Shown in pieces: positions 54,771 through 63,991 of a DNA stretch of 64,000 nt (its first letter is position 1; every line of letters starts with the position of its first letter). The stretch spans positions 49,251 to 113,250 of IMG/VR virus record IMGVR_UViG_2718218135_000001; one strand, written 5' to 3'. The notes under the pieces are model-generated. The model worked only from the letters and a program-made list of their open reading frames with translations, was not told the DNA's origin and ran no database searches. Made by a program: the position numbers and the translations under genes. The DNA is from a virus (lineage: Duplodnaviria > Heunggongvirae > Uroviricota > Caudoviricetes).

Positions 54771-55715
54771 GTGAATTATCTCTTTGTGGACGGTAACAGC
54801 CTGGGCTATTACCACCAGCAATCCGACAAATTACACAACGGCGAGATGGAAGTTCAGGCGGTTTTTGGCTTCGTGAAGAACGTTCGTCGTTACGCCTCAA
54901 TTCTCCATGCCCGGCCAATGATCTTGTGGGATGGATTCAGCGACAAACGTCGCGACTTCTACCCGGAGTACAAAGCGAACCGCGACGACGACCCGGACAT
55001 GAAGAAGATGAAAGAAGGCTTTGCCATCCAGAAGCCGTACATCTTGAAAATGATGACCGCGCTGGGCGTTAACCAACTCATTGCAAAGGACGCAGAAGCG
55101 GATGACCTGGCTGGAATGCTGGTCTCTCGTCTGGCTCCGCAGCCGACCGTCGATCACATCTACCTGCTGACTGGCGATGGCGACTGGCTCCAGCTTGTTC
55201 GTGAGAACGTGAGCTGGATAAGCCTGCGTGAAGACGCCAAGCACAAGCAGGTGAACTTCGAACAGTTCGCAGAGCTGACCGGTCTGCCGACCCCACGCGC
55301 GTTTCTGGAAGCGAAAGCGTTGCAGGGCGATAACTCGGACAACATCAAAGGCGTAGGTGGCATTGGTGATGGTGGCGCGAAAGAGCTGCTTCATGAATGG
55401 GGAAGCGTGGCCGCAATGGTACGCGGCATTAACGACGGTTCCATTGTCATCAACAAAGGTCGCTATAAGACGGCATTCAACAAGCTGGCAAAGAACGCCT
55501 TCAACGAGAAGACGGGCTGCCGGATGCTCGAAGCCTTTAAGCGCAACATGATGCTGATGAACCTTATCGACACAAAATTCCCACCCAGCGAAATCGAGTC
55601 GATTAAAGGCGCACGCGATATGAGCGCCTTTGAACAGATGTGTTACGAGCTGAATTTCCGTTCGTTTCTGGAAGATCTGGAAGTGTTTGTTCTGCCGTTT
55701 GAGAGGTATTGCTGA
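54771..55715 (+). CDS. 5'-3' exonuclease / flap endonuclease (FEN, PolI N-terminal-like)
   Basis: N-terminal YLFVDGNSLGYYHQ and H3TH-like KGVGGIGDGGAKELL; GTG start with GGAAGGAG RBS. Confidence 0.7.
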   Translation: MNYLFVDGNSLGYYHQQSDKLHNGEMEVQAVFGFVKNVRRYASILHARPMILWDGFSDKRRDFYPEYKANRDDDPDMKKMKEGFAIQKPYILKMMTALGVNQLIAKDAEADDLAGMLVSRLAPQPTVDHIYLLTGDGDWLQLVRENVSWISLREDAKHKQVNFEQFAELTGLPTPRAFLEAKALQGDNSDNIKGVGGIGDGGAKELLHEWGSVAAMVRGINDGSIVINKGRYKTAFNKLAKNAFNEKTGCRMLEAFKRNMMLMNLIDTKFPPSEIESIKGARDMSAFEQMCYELNFRSFLEDLEVFVLPFERYC

Positions 55716-55981
55716 TGCTGAAATCCATCATTAATGGCGGGGCAACTACGCCAACCATGCTGGCAAAGGAGATTGTTTTCTGCCACGGCGAGCACGCTGT
55801 GGTAGCGCTGCCGAACATTCTGGGCGCTGCTGGCATTTCTGCTACTGAGCGTGAGTTCGCGCTGGTCAGTGAGCAGGTCGTGAAGATCATCGCTCGCGTC
55901 GCCAAACACCTGAACCACGACGCAATCAAGTTTGACGAAGCCGCTGCTTCGAAGCGAATCAACGAATCAAAAGGAGCCTAA
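55715..55981 (+). CDS. hypothetical small protein
   Basis: ATG overlapping FEN stop; 88 aa. Confidence 0.3.
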   Translation: MLKSIINGGATTPTMLAKEIVFCHGEHAVVALPNILGAAGISATEREFALVSEQVVKIIARVAKHLNHDAIKFDEAAASKRINESKGA

Positions 55982-55983
55982 TC

Positions 55984-58323
55984 ATGGCAAAAGGCAAATC
56001 CGCACTGGCACTGGCGCTGAAAAAGAAAATCGGCAGCAATGACGAGATTCAGAAGGTCTCCCACTGGATTGACTCCGGTTTCCCTCCACTGAACAAAGCC
56101 ATTTCCGGACGTTACGACGGTGGTTTTCCGTGTGGGCGTATCGTTGAAGTCTTCGGGCCACCAAGCGCGGGGAAATGTGTTACCGCAGACACCATGCTGC
56201 TGACGGAGCGTGGAATTGTAACAGTGAAAGAACTGTTTGAGATTGAGGGGCACAAAGCAACATGCACTACTCGCGATGTAGAGCATAACGTTGGACTCAT
56301 CAATGAAAATGGCGTGATAGAGAAGACCTCACACCTGACATGGAACAACCGTCGCAAATTCAAGCGCATTAAGCTGGCATCAGGGGGTTACATCGAGGCT
56401 ACGTTCCGTCACCCAATTCGTGTGGTTGACGACTTAGGCAATATCGTCTGGCGGTATGCTGAAAAAATCAGTGTAGGCGACACGATTCCTTCAATGGTTG
56501 GCACACATCAATTCGGCGATCAGCACTTGGATGCCAATATCGCAAAACTGATGGGCTATTTAATTGCTGACGGATACGTGGCCTCTGAAAATTCTGTGCA
56601 TTTTTCTAACACAGATCCATTCATCAAGGATGAGTACTACCGCCTCATTTCGCTGGTATCAGACAAGATGCCAGTTACGAGAAAACATAACGGCTCGGAA
56701 GACCATGTGCTGTTTAGCAAAGAGGTGCGTTCGCTGCTTTTTAAAGAATATGGTCTGGAGTATGAGAAAGCTGCTGGCAAGCAGGTTCCGTTGAGTGTGC
56801 GTCGCGCCAATAGCGAGGCTCAAATTGCATTCCTTCGCGGCTACTTTGAGCTGGAATGCCACGTCAATGATGGTCGCTGCATTGAGGTTGTGAGCGCGAG
56901 TGGGCTGCTGCTACAGCAAATTCGCCTCATGCTCCTGAATCTGGGGATTACGTCAACTATCTCTGAAAAACACGTCGCAGGTTATAAAAACATATATTAC
57001 CGGCTGTCATTCAGTGGCTCTAACTACGACCTTTTCCTGTCAACGATTGGGTTCGAGTCTCCGGCTCGTTTAGCAGTGGCAACCAAACGGGACATTAGTT
57101 TTGACCGCACTTATTTAGGCTACGTTCCGCACATCAGCGGCTTAGTGAAATCACTCTACGAGTCACTCACCAAGACCTCTCGTAAAGACTACGTTCTGGT
57201 AGATCACGTTATTGGCCGCGGCGATCGTGTCGGAATAGACAAACTGCGAGAAATCTATGTCTCCTTCATTGGCAGAAAGAATCGTTTTAACGAGCATCTG
57301 TTTGCACAACTGGCAGCGGTAATTGACTCTAACTTGTTCTACGACGAAGTCGTGGCTATTGAGGAAGGTGAAGCACCAACGTTCGACGTAGCGATGCCGG
57401 AAACACACTCTTTCTGGTCTAACGGGATTATCAGCCACAACACATTCCTCGCGACGGCTGCGATGGTGTCAGCACAAAAACAGGATGGTCTGGCCGTATT
57501 CCTTGACCACGAAAACAGTTTCGACGTTGGTCTGGCGGTAGCGAACGGACTGAACGCCGACGAAGACGACGGTCAGTGGGTCTACAAACAGCCGGATACC
57601 TTCGAAGACTCCGTAGAGCTGATCGGCACAATCCTCAAGCTGGTGCGCGACGAAGAGCTTATTCCGGAAACAGCCCCTATCTGCATCGTAGCCGACTCTC
57701 TGGCGTCGATGGTTCCGAACTCGAAGGCTGAGAAGTTCGACAAGATGGCAGAAGGCACTGCGAAGGACAAAGATCAGCTGAACATGAACGACAACACGGC
57801 GCTGGCGCGCGCGACAAGTGCGAACTTCCCTACTCTGGCGCTTTGGGCGCGTAAGTACAACGCGTGCATCATCTTCTTGAACCAGGTGCGTACCAAAATT
57901 GGTGTGATGTTTGGCGATCCGACTACGTCTCCGGGTGGCGACTCTCCGAAGTTCTACGCGTCGGTGCGCATCCGTCTGGGTGCATCCGTCATGAAGGATG
58001 GCAAAGAGAAGATCGGACAGGACGTTGGCGCCGAGTGCATTAAAAACAAAGTCGCGCCTCCGTTTGGCAAATGCTCATGGAAATTCTACTTCGACCCGAC
58101 TCGCGGGCTGGACGTCGTCGAGTCTCTGGTTGAATACATGCTGGAGGAAGGATACCTGCCCAAGAGCGCCAGCGGGCGTGTGGAAATTGGCGAGAAGAAA
58201 TACACCAAATCACAGATCGTCGAGATGTACCGGGAGAAGCCATTAGCTGAAATCATTGCTGCGTTACAGGCAATAGATGACAGGCGCGAGAAGACATCAC
58301 CGACAGATGAATTAGAAGATTAA
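55984..58323 (+). CDS. RecA-family recombinase (UvsX/Sak4-like) precursor containing an intein
   Basis: Exteins give GPPSAGK|T Walker A, FLDHENSFD, IVADSLASM, PGGDSPKFYASVRIRL RecA-like motifs; AAAAGGAG RBS. Confidence 0.75.
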   Translation: MAKGKSALALALKKKIGSNDEIQKVSHWIDSGFPPLNKAISGRYDGGFPCGRIVEVFGPPSAGKCVTADTMLLTERGIVTVKELFEIEGHKATCTTRDVEHNVGLINENGVIEKTSHLTWNNRRKFKRIKLASGGYIEATFRHPIRVVDDLGNIVWRYAEKISVGDTIPSMVGTHQFGDQHLDANIAKLMGYLIADGYVASENSVHFSNTDPFIKDEYYRLISLVSDKMPVTRKHNGSEDHVLFSKEVRSLLFKEYGLEYEKAAGKQVPLSVRRANSEAQIAFLRGYFELECHVNDGRCIEVVSASGLLLQQIRLMLLNLGITSTISEKHVAGYKNIYYRLSFSGSNYDLFLSTIGFESPARLAVATKRDISFDRTYLGYVPHISGLVKSLYESLTKTSRKDYVLVDHVIGRGDRVGIDKLREIYVSFIGRKNRFNEHLFAQLAAVIDSNLFYDEVVAIEEGEAPTFDVAMPETHSFWSNGIISHNTFLATAAMVSAQKQDGLAVFLDHENSFDVGLAVANGLNADEDDGQWVYKQPDTFEDSVELIGTILKLVRDEELIPETAPICIVADSLASMVPNSKAEKFDKMAEGTAKDKDQLNMNDNTALARATSANFPTLALWARKYNACIIFLNQVRTKIGVMFGDPTTSPGGDSPKFYASVRIRLGASVMKDGKEKIGQDVGAECIKNKVAPPFGKCSWKFYFDPTRGLDVVESLVEYMLEEGYLPKSASGRVEIGEKKYTKSQIVEMYREKPLAEIIAALQAIDDRREKTSPTDELED
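56176..57441 (+). other. intein with LAGLIDADG homing-endonuclease domain, inserted in RecA P-loop
   Basis: Begins with Cys (CVTADTMLL), ends SHN followed by +1 Thr; LAGLIDADG-like blocks LMGYLIADGYV and FLRGYFELECH; length 1266 nt = 422 codons in frame. Confidence 0.7.
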
Positions 58324-58328
58324 TTTTC

Positions 58329-58353
58329 AGGCGTCCGAATGGACGCCTTTATA
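58329..58353 (+). terminator. rho-independent terminator after recombinase gene
   Basis: AGGCGTCC-GAAT-GGACGCCT followed by TTTAT. Confidence 0.6.
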
Positions 58354-58413
58354 CCTTGAAAATATATAATCACTTACTTATCATCTACGCACAATAGCCA
58401 CATAGGAAAACAC

Positions 58414-58614
58414 ATGATCAAACTCTATCTGATGGCAGTGGCTACAGGTATATCTGTAGTTTTCATCTACTGTTTGCTGGTTCCGTCGCTGATCTCGGCT
58501 AAAAGCGATATTGCCGTAATGCTTGGAATCATTGTTGCTTTTGGCGCTCCTGTTATCGGCTTTAATGTTGGTCGTAACTTTCTGAAGTCACTAATTAATT
58601 CGAAGGGGAAGTAA
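58414..58614 (+). CDS. small membrane protein
   Basis: 66 aa, two hydrophobic helices; AGGAAAACAC RBS region. Confidence 0.3.
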   Translation: MIKLYLMAVATGISVVFIYCLLVPSLISAKSDIAVMLGIIVAFGAPVIGFNVGRNFLKSLINSKGK

Positions 58615-58617
58615 GTA

Positions 58618-58809
58618 ATGAAGAAAGGTTTACTGGCAGTGATCGTGGCTGCTGTTTGCACAATGGGTCTTACAGGCTGCGATCGTGTTGAGCCTGGGTA
58701 CGTTGGCATCAAAGTAAACAAATTGGGTGAAGACAAAGGTATCGGTGAAGTTGTCGGCGTTGGCCGTCAGTGGACTGGTCTGAATACCGAGCTGTACACC
58801 TCTCTTTAA
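58618..58809 (+). CDS. small lipoprotein
   Basis: Signal peptide with lipobox LTGC; 63 aa; translationally coupled to upstream small gene. Confidence 0.4.
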   Translation: MKKGLLAVIVAAVCTMGLTGCDRVEPGYVGIKVNKLGEDKGIGEVVGVGRQWTGLNTELYTSL

Positions 58810-58880
58810 GTCATCTTAAATGACTCTGAGGTGTCTGTTAAACCTGTGGCGATTCAGTCTATTAAACCTGTGGCGATTCA
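58797..58880. repeat. inverted copy of IS3-family left terminus (60 bp, 1 mismatch vs 37160-37219) plus 24-bp tandem duplication of the terminal segment
   Basis: CACCTCTCTTTAAGTCATCTTAAATGACTCTGAGGTGTCTGTTAAACCTGTGGCGATTCA is reverse complement of 37160-37219; GTCTATTAAACCTGTGGCGATTCA repeated directly at 58857-58880. Confidence 0.6.
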
Positions 58881-59041
58881 CTTTATGGTGTCATAAACTT
58901 AAATCTAGCGCCGGGTAGAACAAGTTAATCGAACGATGTAGCGGCCATTTAGGCGTTACAGAAAGAACAGAATTTTAAATTTATAGTGAAGCCGTTGCAG
59001 CAACTTTGTGGGGTGCAACCAACACTGAACAGGAAAAGAAA

Positions 59042-61474
59042 ATGGATCATAGTGTACATAACAAGCTCATCTCATTTATATGGAACATTGCCGACGACTG
59101 TTTACGTGATGTGTACGTTCGCGGTAAGTACCGCGATGTGATTTTACCTATGGTGGTATTACGACGTTTAGATACGTTACTTGAACCCACCAAAGAAGCC
59201 GTGCTTGAAGAGGTCAAGTTCCAAAAAGAAGAGATGCAAGCCACGGAGCTTGATGATGAACCATTGAAGGCGGCTAGTGGTTATGTTTTTTACAATACAT
59301 CTAAATGGACCCTGAAATCCCTGTTCAACACCGCAACGAATAACCAACAGATATTACTCGCCAACTTTGAAGAGTACCTGCTTGGCTTTAGCGATAATGT
59401 TAAAGAAATCATTGAATGCTTTAACCTCAAGTCGCAAATTCGTCACATGGCCTCAAAGCAAGTCCTTCTTGATGTCGTCGAAAAGTTTGTTTCCCCTTAC
59501 ATCAACTTAACTCATGAAACGATCGAAGACCCAGATGGCAACAAGATGCCAGCCCTTACTAACCTGGGTATGGGGTACGTGTTCGAAGAGTTGATCCGTA
59601 AGTTCAACGAGGAGAATAACGAAGAAGCCGGTGAGCACTTTACACCTAGGGAAGTGATTGAGCTGATGACACACTTGGTTTTTGACCCAGTGAAAGAGCA
59701 GCTACCATTGACCATGACCGTTTACGACCCTGCGTGTGGTAGCGGTGGTATGCTCACTGAATCTCAAAACTTCATTGAAGAGAAATACCCGAACGACAGC
59801 CGAGATATTTACCTTTACGGCAAAGAGATCAATGACGAGACCTACGCGATTTGTAAATCGGACATGATGATCAAAGGTAACAACCCTGAGAACATCAAGG
59901 TAGGCTCAACCTTGTCTACCGACGAGTTTGCGGCTTCTCGCTTTGACTTTATGTTGTCTAACCCGCCATACGGTAAGAGTTGGGCGTCTGAACAGAAGTA
60001 CATTAAAGACGGCAGTGATGTGATTGACCCGCGTTTTAAGGTTAGCCTGAAAGACTATTGGGGAAATCTCGAAGTGGTGGATGCCACGCCACGTTCGAGT
60101 GATGGCCAGCTGCTTTTCTTAATGGAGATGGTCAACAAGATGAAAGATCCGAGCGTAAGTCCATTAGGCAGCCGGATTGCCTCTGTTCATAACGGCTCAT
60201 CGCTCTTTACCGGCGATGCGGGCGGTGGCGAAAGTAATATTCGTCGCTTCATCATTGAAAACGACATGCTAGATGCCATCGTTCAGTTACCTAATAACCT
60301 GTTCTATAACACTGGCATTACCACTTACATTTGGGTGTTGAACAACAATAAACCTGAGGCGCGTAAAGGTAAGGTGCAATTAATTGATGCCAGCTTGCTC
60401 TACCGTAAGTTGCGCAAGAACTTAGGTAACAAAAACTGCGAATTTGCGCCTGAGCACATCACGGAAATTACCGATACTTACCTCGCGTGTAAGGATGTTG
60501 AAAGAGCACTGGATGCAAACAATGATCCTGTTGGCATCGCCAGTAAGGTATTCAGCAATGACGATTTTGGCTACTACAAAGTCACTATAGAGCGCCCAGA
60601 TCGCCGCAAAGCCAAGTTTACTCAAGACGCAATAGCCCCACTGCGTTTTGATAAGCAACTTAGTGAAGTGATGGAGTACGTGTACGCAGAGCACGGCGAA
60701 CGTGTTTACGAAAAAACTGGCTACGGGTCAGATCAGAAAAAGAGCTTCTTAAAATCCATCGAGAAAGACATTCTTTCTTGGTGTGAAGATAACGACATCA
60801 GTCTCAATGCTAAGGCTAAGGCCAAACTGCTTGATGTGAAACACTGGCTGGCGCTAAAAGCATTGCTTGAAACTGCACAAACGCTGATGGCTGACATCGG
60901 TAGCATTGAATTTGATGACTTCAATAGCTTTAAAACCCAAGTTGATAAATCGCTAAAAGCCCATGCTATTAAGCTTTCAGCACCTGAGAAAAATGCCATT
61001 CTTCACGCGGTGAGCTGGTATGACGAAACCGCCAAGAAAGTGGTTAAAAAGGTAGTTAAATTAACGGGTGATAAATTAAACGACCTGCTGGAGCGCTATG
61101 AGTGTGAAGTCGCTGACTTGCCAGATTTTGGTTATTACCCCGTTCCTTCAGCAGAAGGCGGTAAAAAAGGCGAGTATATCACTTACGAGACCAATTCAGA
61201 CCTGCGAGATACAGAATCTGTTCCATTAAAGCAAAGCATTTACCAGTACTTCCTAGATGAAGTGAAGCCTCATGTCGATGAAGCATGGATAAACCTAGAT
61301 ACGGTAAAAATTGGCTATGAAATCAGCTTCAATAAGTATTTCTACCGTTATAAACCGCTGCGTAGTTTAGAAGAGGTCGCAACCGACATCATCAACCTAG
61401 AACAAAAAGCCGAAGGTCTCATTGCGCAGATATTGGGTGTTAAAGTGGCGGAAGTAAAAAAGGTTCAGGGGTAA
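59042..61474 (+). CDS. type I restriction-modification methyltransferase subunit (HsdM-like, long form)
   Basis: N6-adenine MTase motif IV NPPYG and motif I-like DPACGSGGML; followed by HsdS; ATG at 59042 preferred. Confidence 0.7.
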   Translation: MDHSVHNKLISFIWNIADDCLRDVYVRGKYRDVILPMVVLRRLDTLLEPTKEAVLEEVKFQKEEMQATELDDEPLKAASGYVFYNTSKWTLKSLFNTATNNQQILLANFEEYLLGFSDNVKEIIECFNLKSQIRHMASKQVLLDVVEKFVSPYINLTHETIEDPDGNKMPALTNLGMGYVFEELIRKFNEENNEEAGEHFTPREVIELMTHLVFDPVKEQLPLTMTVYDPACGSGGMLTESQNFIEEKYPNDSRDIYLYGKEINDETYAICKSDMMIKGNNPENIKVGSTLSTDEFAASRFDFMLSNPPYGKSWASEQKYIKDGSDVIDPRFKVSLKDYWGNLEVVDATPRSSDGQLLFLMEMVNKMKDPSVSPLGSRIASVHNGSSLFTGDAGGGESNIRRFIIENDMLDAIVQLPNNLFYNTGITTYIWVLNNNKPEARKGKVQLIDASLLYRKLRKNLGNKNCEFAPEHITEITDTYLACKDVERALDANNDPVGIASKVFSNDDFGYYKVTIERPDRRKAKFTQDAIAPLRFDKQLSEVMEYVYAEHGERVYEKTGYGSDQKKSFLKSIEKDILSWCEDNDISLNAKAKAKLLDVKHWLALKALLETAQTLMADIGSIEFDDFNSFKTQVDKSLKAHAIKLSAPEKNAILHAVSWYDETAKKVVKKVVKLTGDKLNDLLERYECEVADLPDFGYYPVPSAEGGKKGEYITYETNSDLRDTESVPLKQSIYQYFLDEVKPHVDEAWINLDTVKIGYEISFNKYFYRYKPLRSLEEVATDIINLEQKAEGLIAQILGVKVAEVKKVQG

Positions 61475-61480
61475 GTCGTT

Positions 61481-62818
61481 ATGATGAAGATTTCTGAAAT
61501 GCCGAAATATGACGATTATGTAGATTCTGGGGTTGAATGGTTGGGACGAGTTCCTTCTCATTGGCAGATTATAAGATTGAAAAATACGATCAATGGATGC
61601 GTCAATGGCTTATGGGGGGCTGATCCAAATGGTAAAGATGAATTGGTTGTAGTAAGAGTTTCGGATTTTGATGAGCAAAAATTGAATGTTTCTGATGAAA
61701 AACTTACTTATCGTTCCATACCTGAAAACGAACGGAAAAGTCGCCTATTGAAATTTGGTGATTTATTGATAGAAAAATCAGGTGGAGGCGATAAAACTTT
61801 AGTTGGTAGAGTTGTTTTGTTTGATAAAAGCTATACGGCAGTCACGTCAAACTTCGTCGCAAAAATGACTCCAAAAAATTGGGTAAACCACAGTTTTTTA
61901 AAGTATGTATTTTTTAGTTTATATAGTCGAGGTGTCAATTACGTATCTATTAAGCAAACAACAGGTATCCAAAACCTTGATGCGAATTCGTATTTAAATG
62001 AAGTTTTCTGTTTTCCTGATGAATTTGTTCAGGCAGAGGTCGCCAACTTTCTTGACAAGAAAACCGCTCTAATCGACGAAGCGATTTCGATCAAAGAGCA
62101 GCAAATTAGCCTGCTGAAAGAGCGTAAGCAGATCATCATCCAACAGGCGGTGACCCAAGGGCTTGACCCGAATGTGCCAATGAAAGACTCCGGTATGGAT
62201 TGGATTGGGAAGATTCCGCAACACTGGAAATTAAAGCCTAATAAGTGCCTTTTCAAGTTAAAAAAATCATTGGTAGGAAAAAGATCTGGAGACTATGAGC
62301 TTCTATCTCTAACCCTAAAAGGGATAATTAAACGAGATATGGATAACCCAGAGGGGAAATTTCCAGCTGAGTTTAATACGTACCAAGAAGTTAGTGTCGG
62401 TGACTTTGTATTCTGTTTATTCGATGTAGAGGAAACCCCTAGAACTGTTGGTCTTTCTAAATTTAACGGAATGATTACTGGGGCCTATACGGTTTTTGAA
62501 CTTGATGAGAGTGTTAGTAAGGAATTCCTTTATTATTTTTATTTAAATTTAGACTCAAGAAAAATGATGAGACCATTGTATAAGGGTCTAAGAAATACCA
62601 TCTCAAAAGAGACTTTTTTGAGCTTTAAGTCATTTATACCACCTTTGAAAGAGCAAGAAGAGATCGTTGATTTTATTGAATATGAGGTTAATAAGATAGA
62701 TCTCACTATAGATGGGATATCCGAACAAATTGATAAAATAAAGGAATATAAGTCTTGTCTAATAAATGGTTCGGTCACAGGTAAAATTAAAGTTACGTCA
62801 GAAATGGCTGAGCGATAG
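61481..62818 (+). CDS. type I restriction-modification specificity subunit (HsdS)
   Basis: Two target-recognition domains separated by conserved central helical spacer; AT-rich codon usage. Confidence 0.7.
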   Translation: MMKISEMPKYDDYVDSGVEWLGRVPSHWQIIRLKNTINGCVNGLWGADPNGKDELVVVRVSDFDEQKLNVSDEKLTYRSIPENERKSRLLKFGDLLIEKSGGGDKTLVGRVVLFDKSYTAVTSNFVAKMTPKNWVNHSFLKYVFFSLYSRGVNYVSIKQTTGIQNLDANSYLNEVFCFPDEFVQAEVANFLDKKTALIDEAISIKEQQISLLKERKQIIIQQAVTQGLDPNVPMKDSGMDWIGKIPQHWKLKPNKCLFKLKKSLVGKRSGDYELLSLTLKGIIKRDMDNPEGKFPAEFNTYQEVSVGDFVFCLFDVEETPRTVGLSKFNGMITGAYTVFELDESVSKEFLYYFYLNLDSRKMMRPLYKGLRNTISKETFLSFKSFIPPLKEQEEIVDFIEYEVNKIDLTIDGISEQIDKIKEYKSCLINGSVTGKIKVTSEMAER

Positions 62819-62827
62819 GACGCGAGT

Positions 62828-63991
62828 ATGTTCACGGTAAATCATCAGACCAATAGGATTAGTCCGGTTAAGACGAAGAAGTTCAGTGAGTTGGGCTTTA
62901 CTGAGCGCAAGCATCTTCAGGAGTGGTTGGCACACGAACCTTCCGCACTCGGTGAAGAGTTGTTGATTATTCAAAAAGAGTTCGATGGCTTTGATGACAC
63001 CCGTGAACGCTTAGATTTACTGGCACTGGATAAAGATGGCAACTTGGTCATTATTGAAAACAAGCTGGACGACAGTGGCCGCGATGTGGTGTGGCAGGCG
63101 CTTAAATATGCCTCTTACTGTGCCAGTTTAACCAAAGCGCAAATAGTTGAAATTTATCAGCAGTACTTAGACCGCTATGAGCCTGTCACAGGAGAGGTAG
63201 ACCTGTTAAATGCCCCTGCAAGTGCCTCAGCTAGAATATGTGAGTTTTTGGATGCGCCCGATCTGGATGAGTTAAAGCTCAACCTGGGTAACAGCCAGCG
63301 CATCATGTTAGTTGCGGCAAACTTTCGCAAAGAAGTGACCAGCACCGCGCTGTGGTTATTGGGTCAAGGAATTAGCATTGCCTGCTTCAAAATCACGCCT
63401 TATTCACTGGGTGAACAGCTACTGATTAATATTGACCAGATCATCCCAACGCCGGAAGCGAAAGAGTTGATGATCGGCATTAATGCCAAGGAAGCGGAAG
63501 AAAAAACCACCGAAGTGGTACTAAAAAACCGCCATACGGTGCGGCGCGAATACTGGGAGCGTGCCTTAGAGGCGTTTCAGAAAAGCGCTTGCCAACTCTA
63601 TAACAACATTAGCCCAAGCAATGATCATTGGTTATCAGCAGGCTCAGGGTTAAGTGGGTGTCCGTATAACCTGATATTTCTGCAAAAAGAGCTTCGAGTA
63701 GAGCTTTGTATCAGCCGTGGGGTTACCGAAGAGAATAAATACCTTTTTGACTTGTTGAGTCAGTCCAAACAGGACATTGAACATACTTTTGGTGCAGAAC
63801 TTGAGTGGATGAGGCTGGATGAGAAGAAATCTTGCCGTATTCAGTTTTCGACCAAAGCTGATGGGTTTAACAAAGATACGTGGCCCCAAGCGGTTGCGTG
63901 GCACTTAGAGCAGATGACAAAGTTAGAAAAAGCCTTAAAAGGACCGCTGCAAAAAGCGGCTGAGGCAATGAAACAGAAGAATTTTGATTAA
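62828..63991 (+). CDS. PD-(D/E)xK-like nuclease-domain protein associated with RM locus (DUF4268/NucS-like, tentative)
   Basis: N-terminal RERLDLLALDKDGNLVIIENKLDD fits D...ExK nuclease signature; immediately downstream of hsdS. Confidence 0.35.
   Translation: MFTVNHQTNRISPVKTKKFSELGFTERKHLQEWLAHEPSALGEELLIIQKEFDGFDDTRERLDLLALDKDGNLVIIENKLDDSGRDVVWQALKYASYCASLTKAQIVEIYQQYLDRYEPVTGEVDLLNAPASASARICEFLDAPDLDELKLNLGNSQRIMLVAANFRKEVTSTALWLLGQGISIACFKITPYSLGEQLLINIDQIIPTPEAKELMIGINAKEAEEKTTEVVLKNRHTVRREYWERALEAFQKSACQLYNNISPSNDHWLSAGSGLSGCPYNLIFLQKELRVELCISRGVTEENKYLFDLLSQSKQDIEHTFGAELEWMRLDEKKSCRIQFSTKADGFNKDTWPQAVAWHLEQMTKLEKALKGPLQKAAEAMKQKNFD

Noticed and set aside
37160-58880. Interpretation of the IS3-family end pair as boundaries of a functional composite transposon
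   Set aside because: The bracketed 21 kb contains core phage replication genes and one end is only a 60-bp solo terminus without transposase; more likely a rearrangement scar than a mobile unit. Kept as a finding, but the transposon interpretation is rejected.
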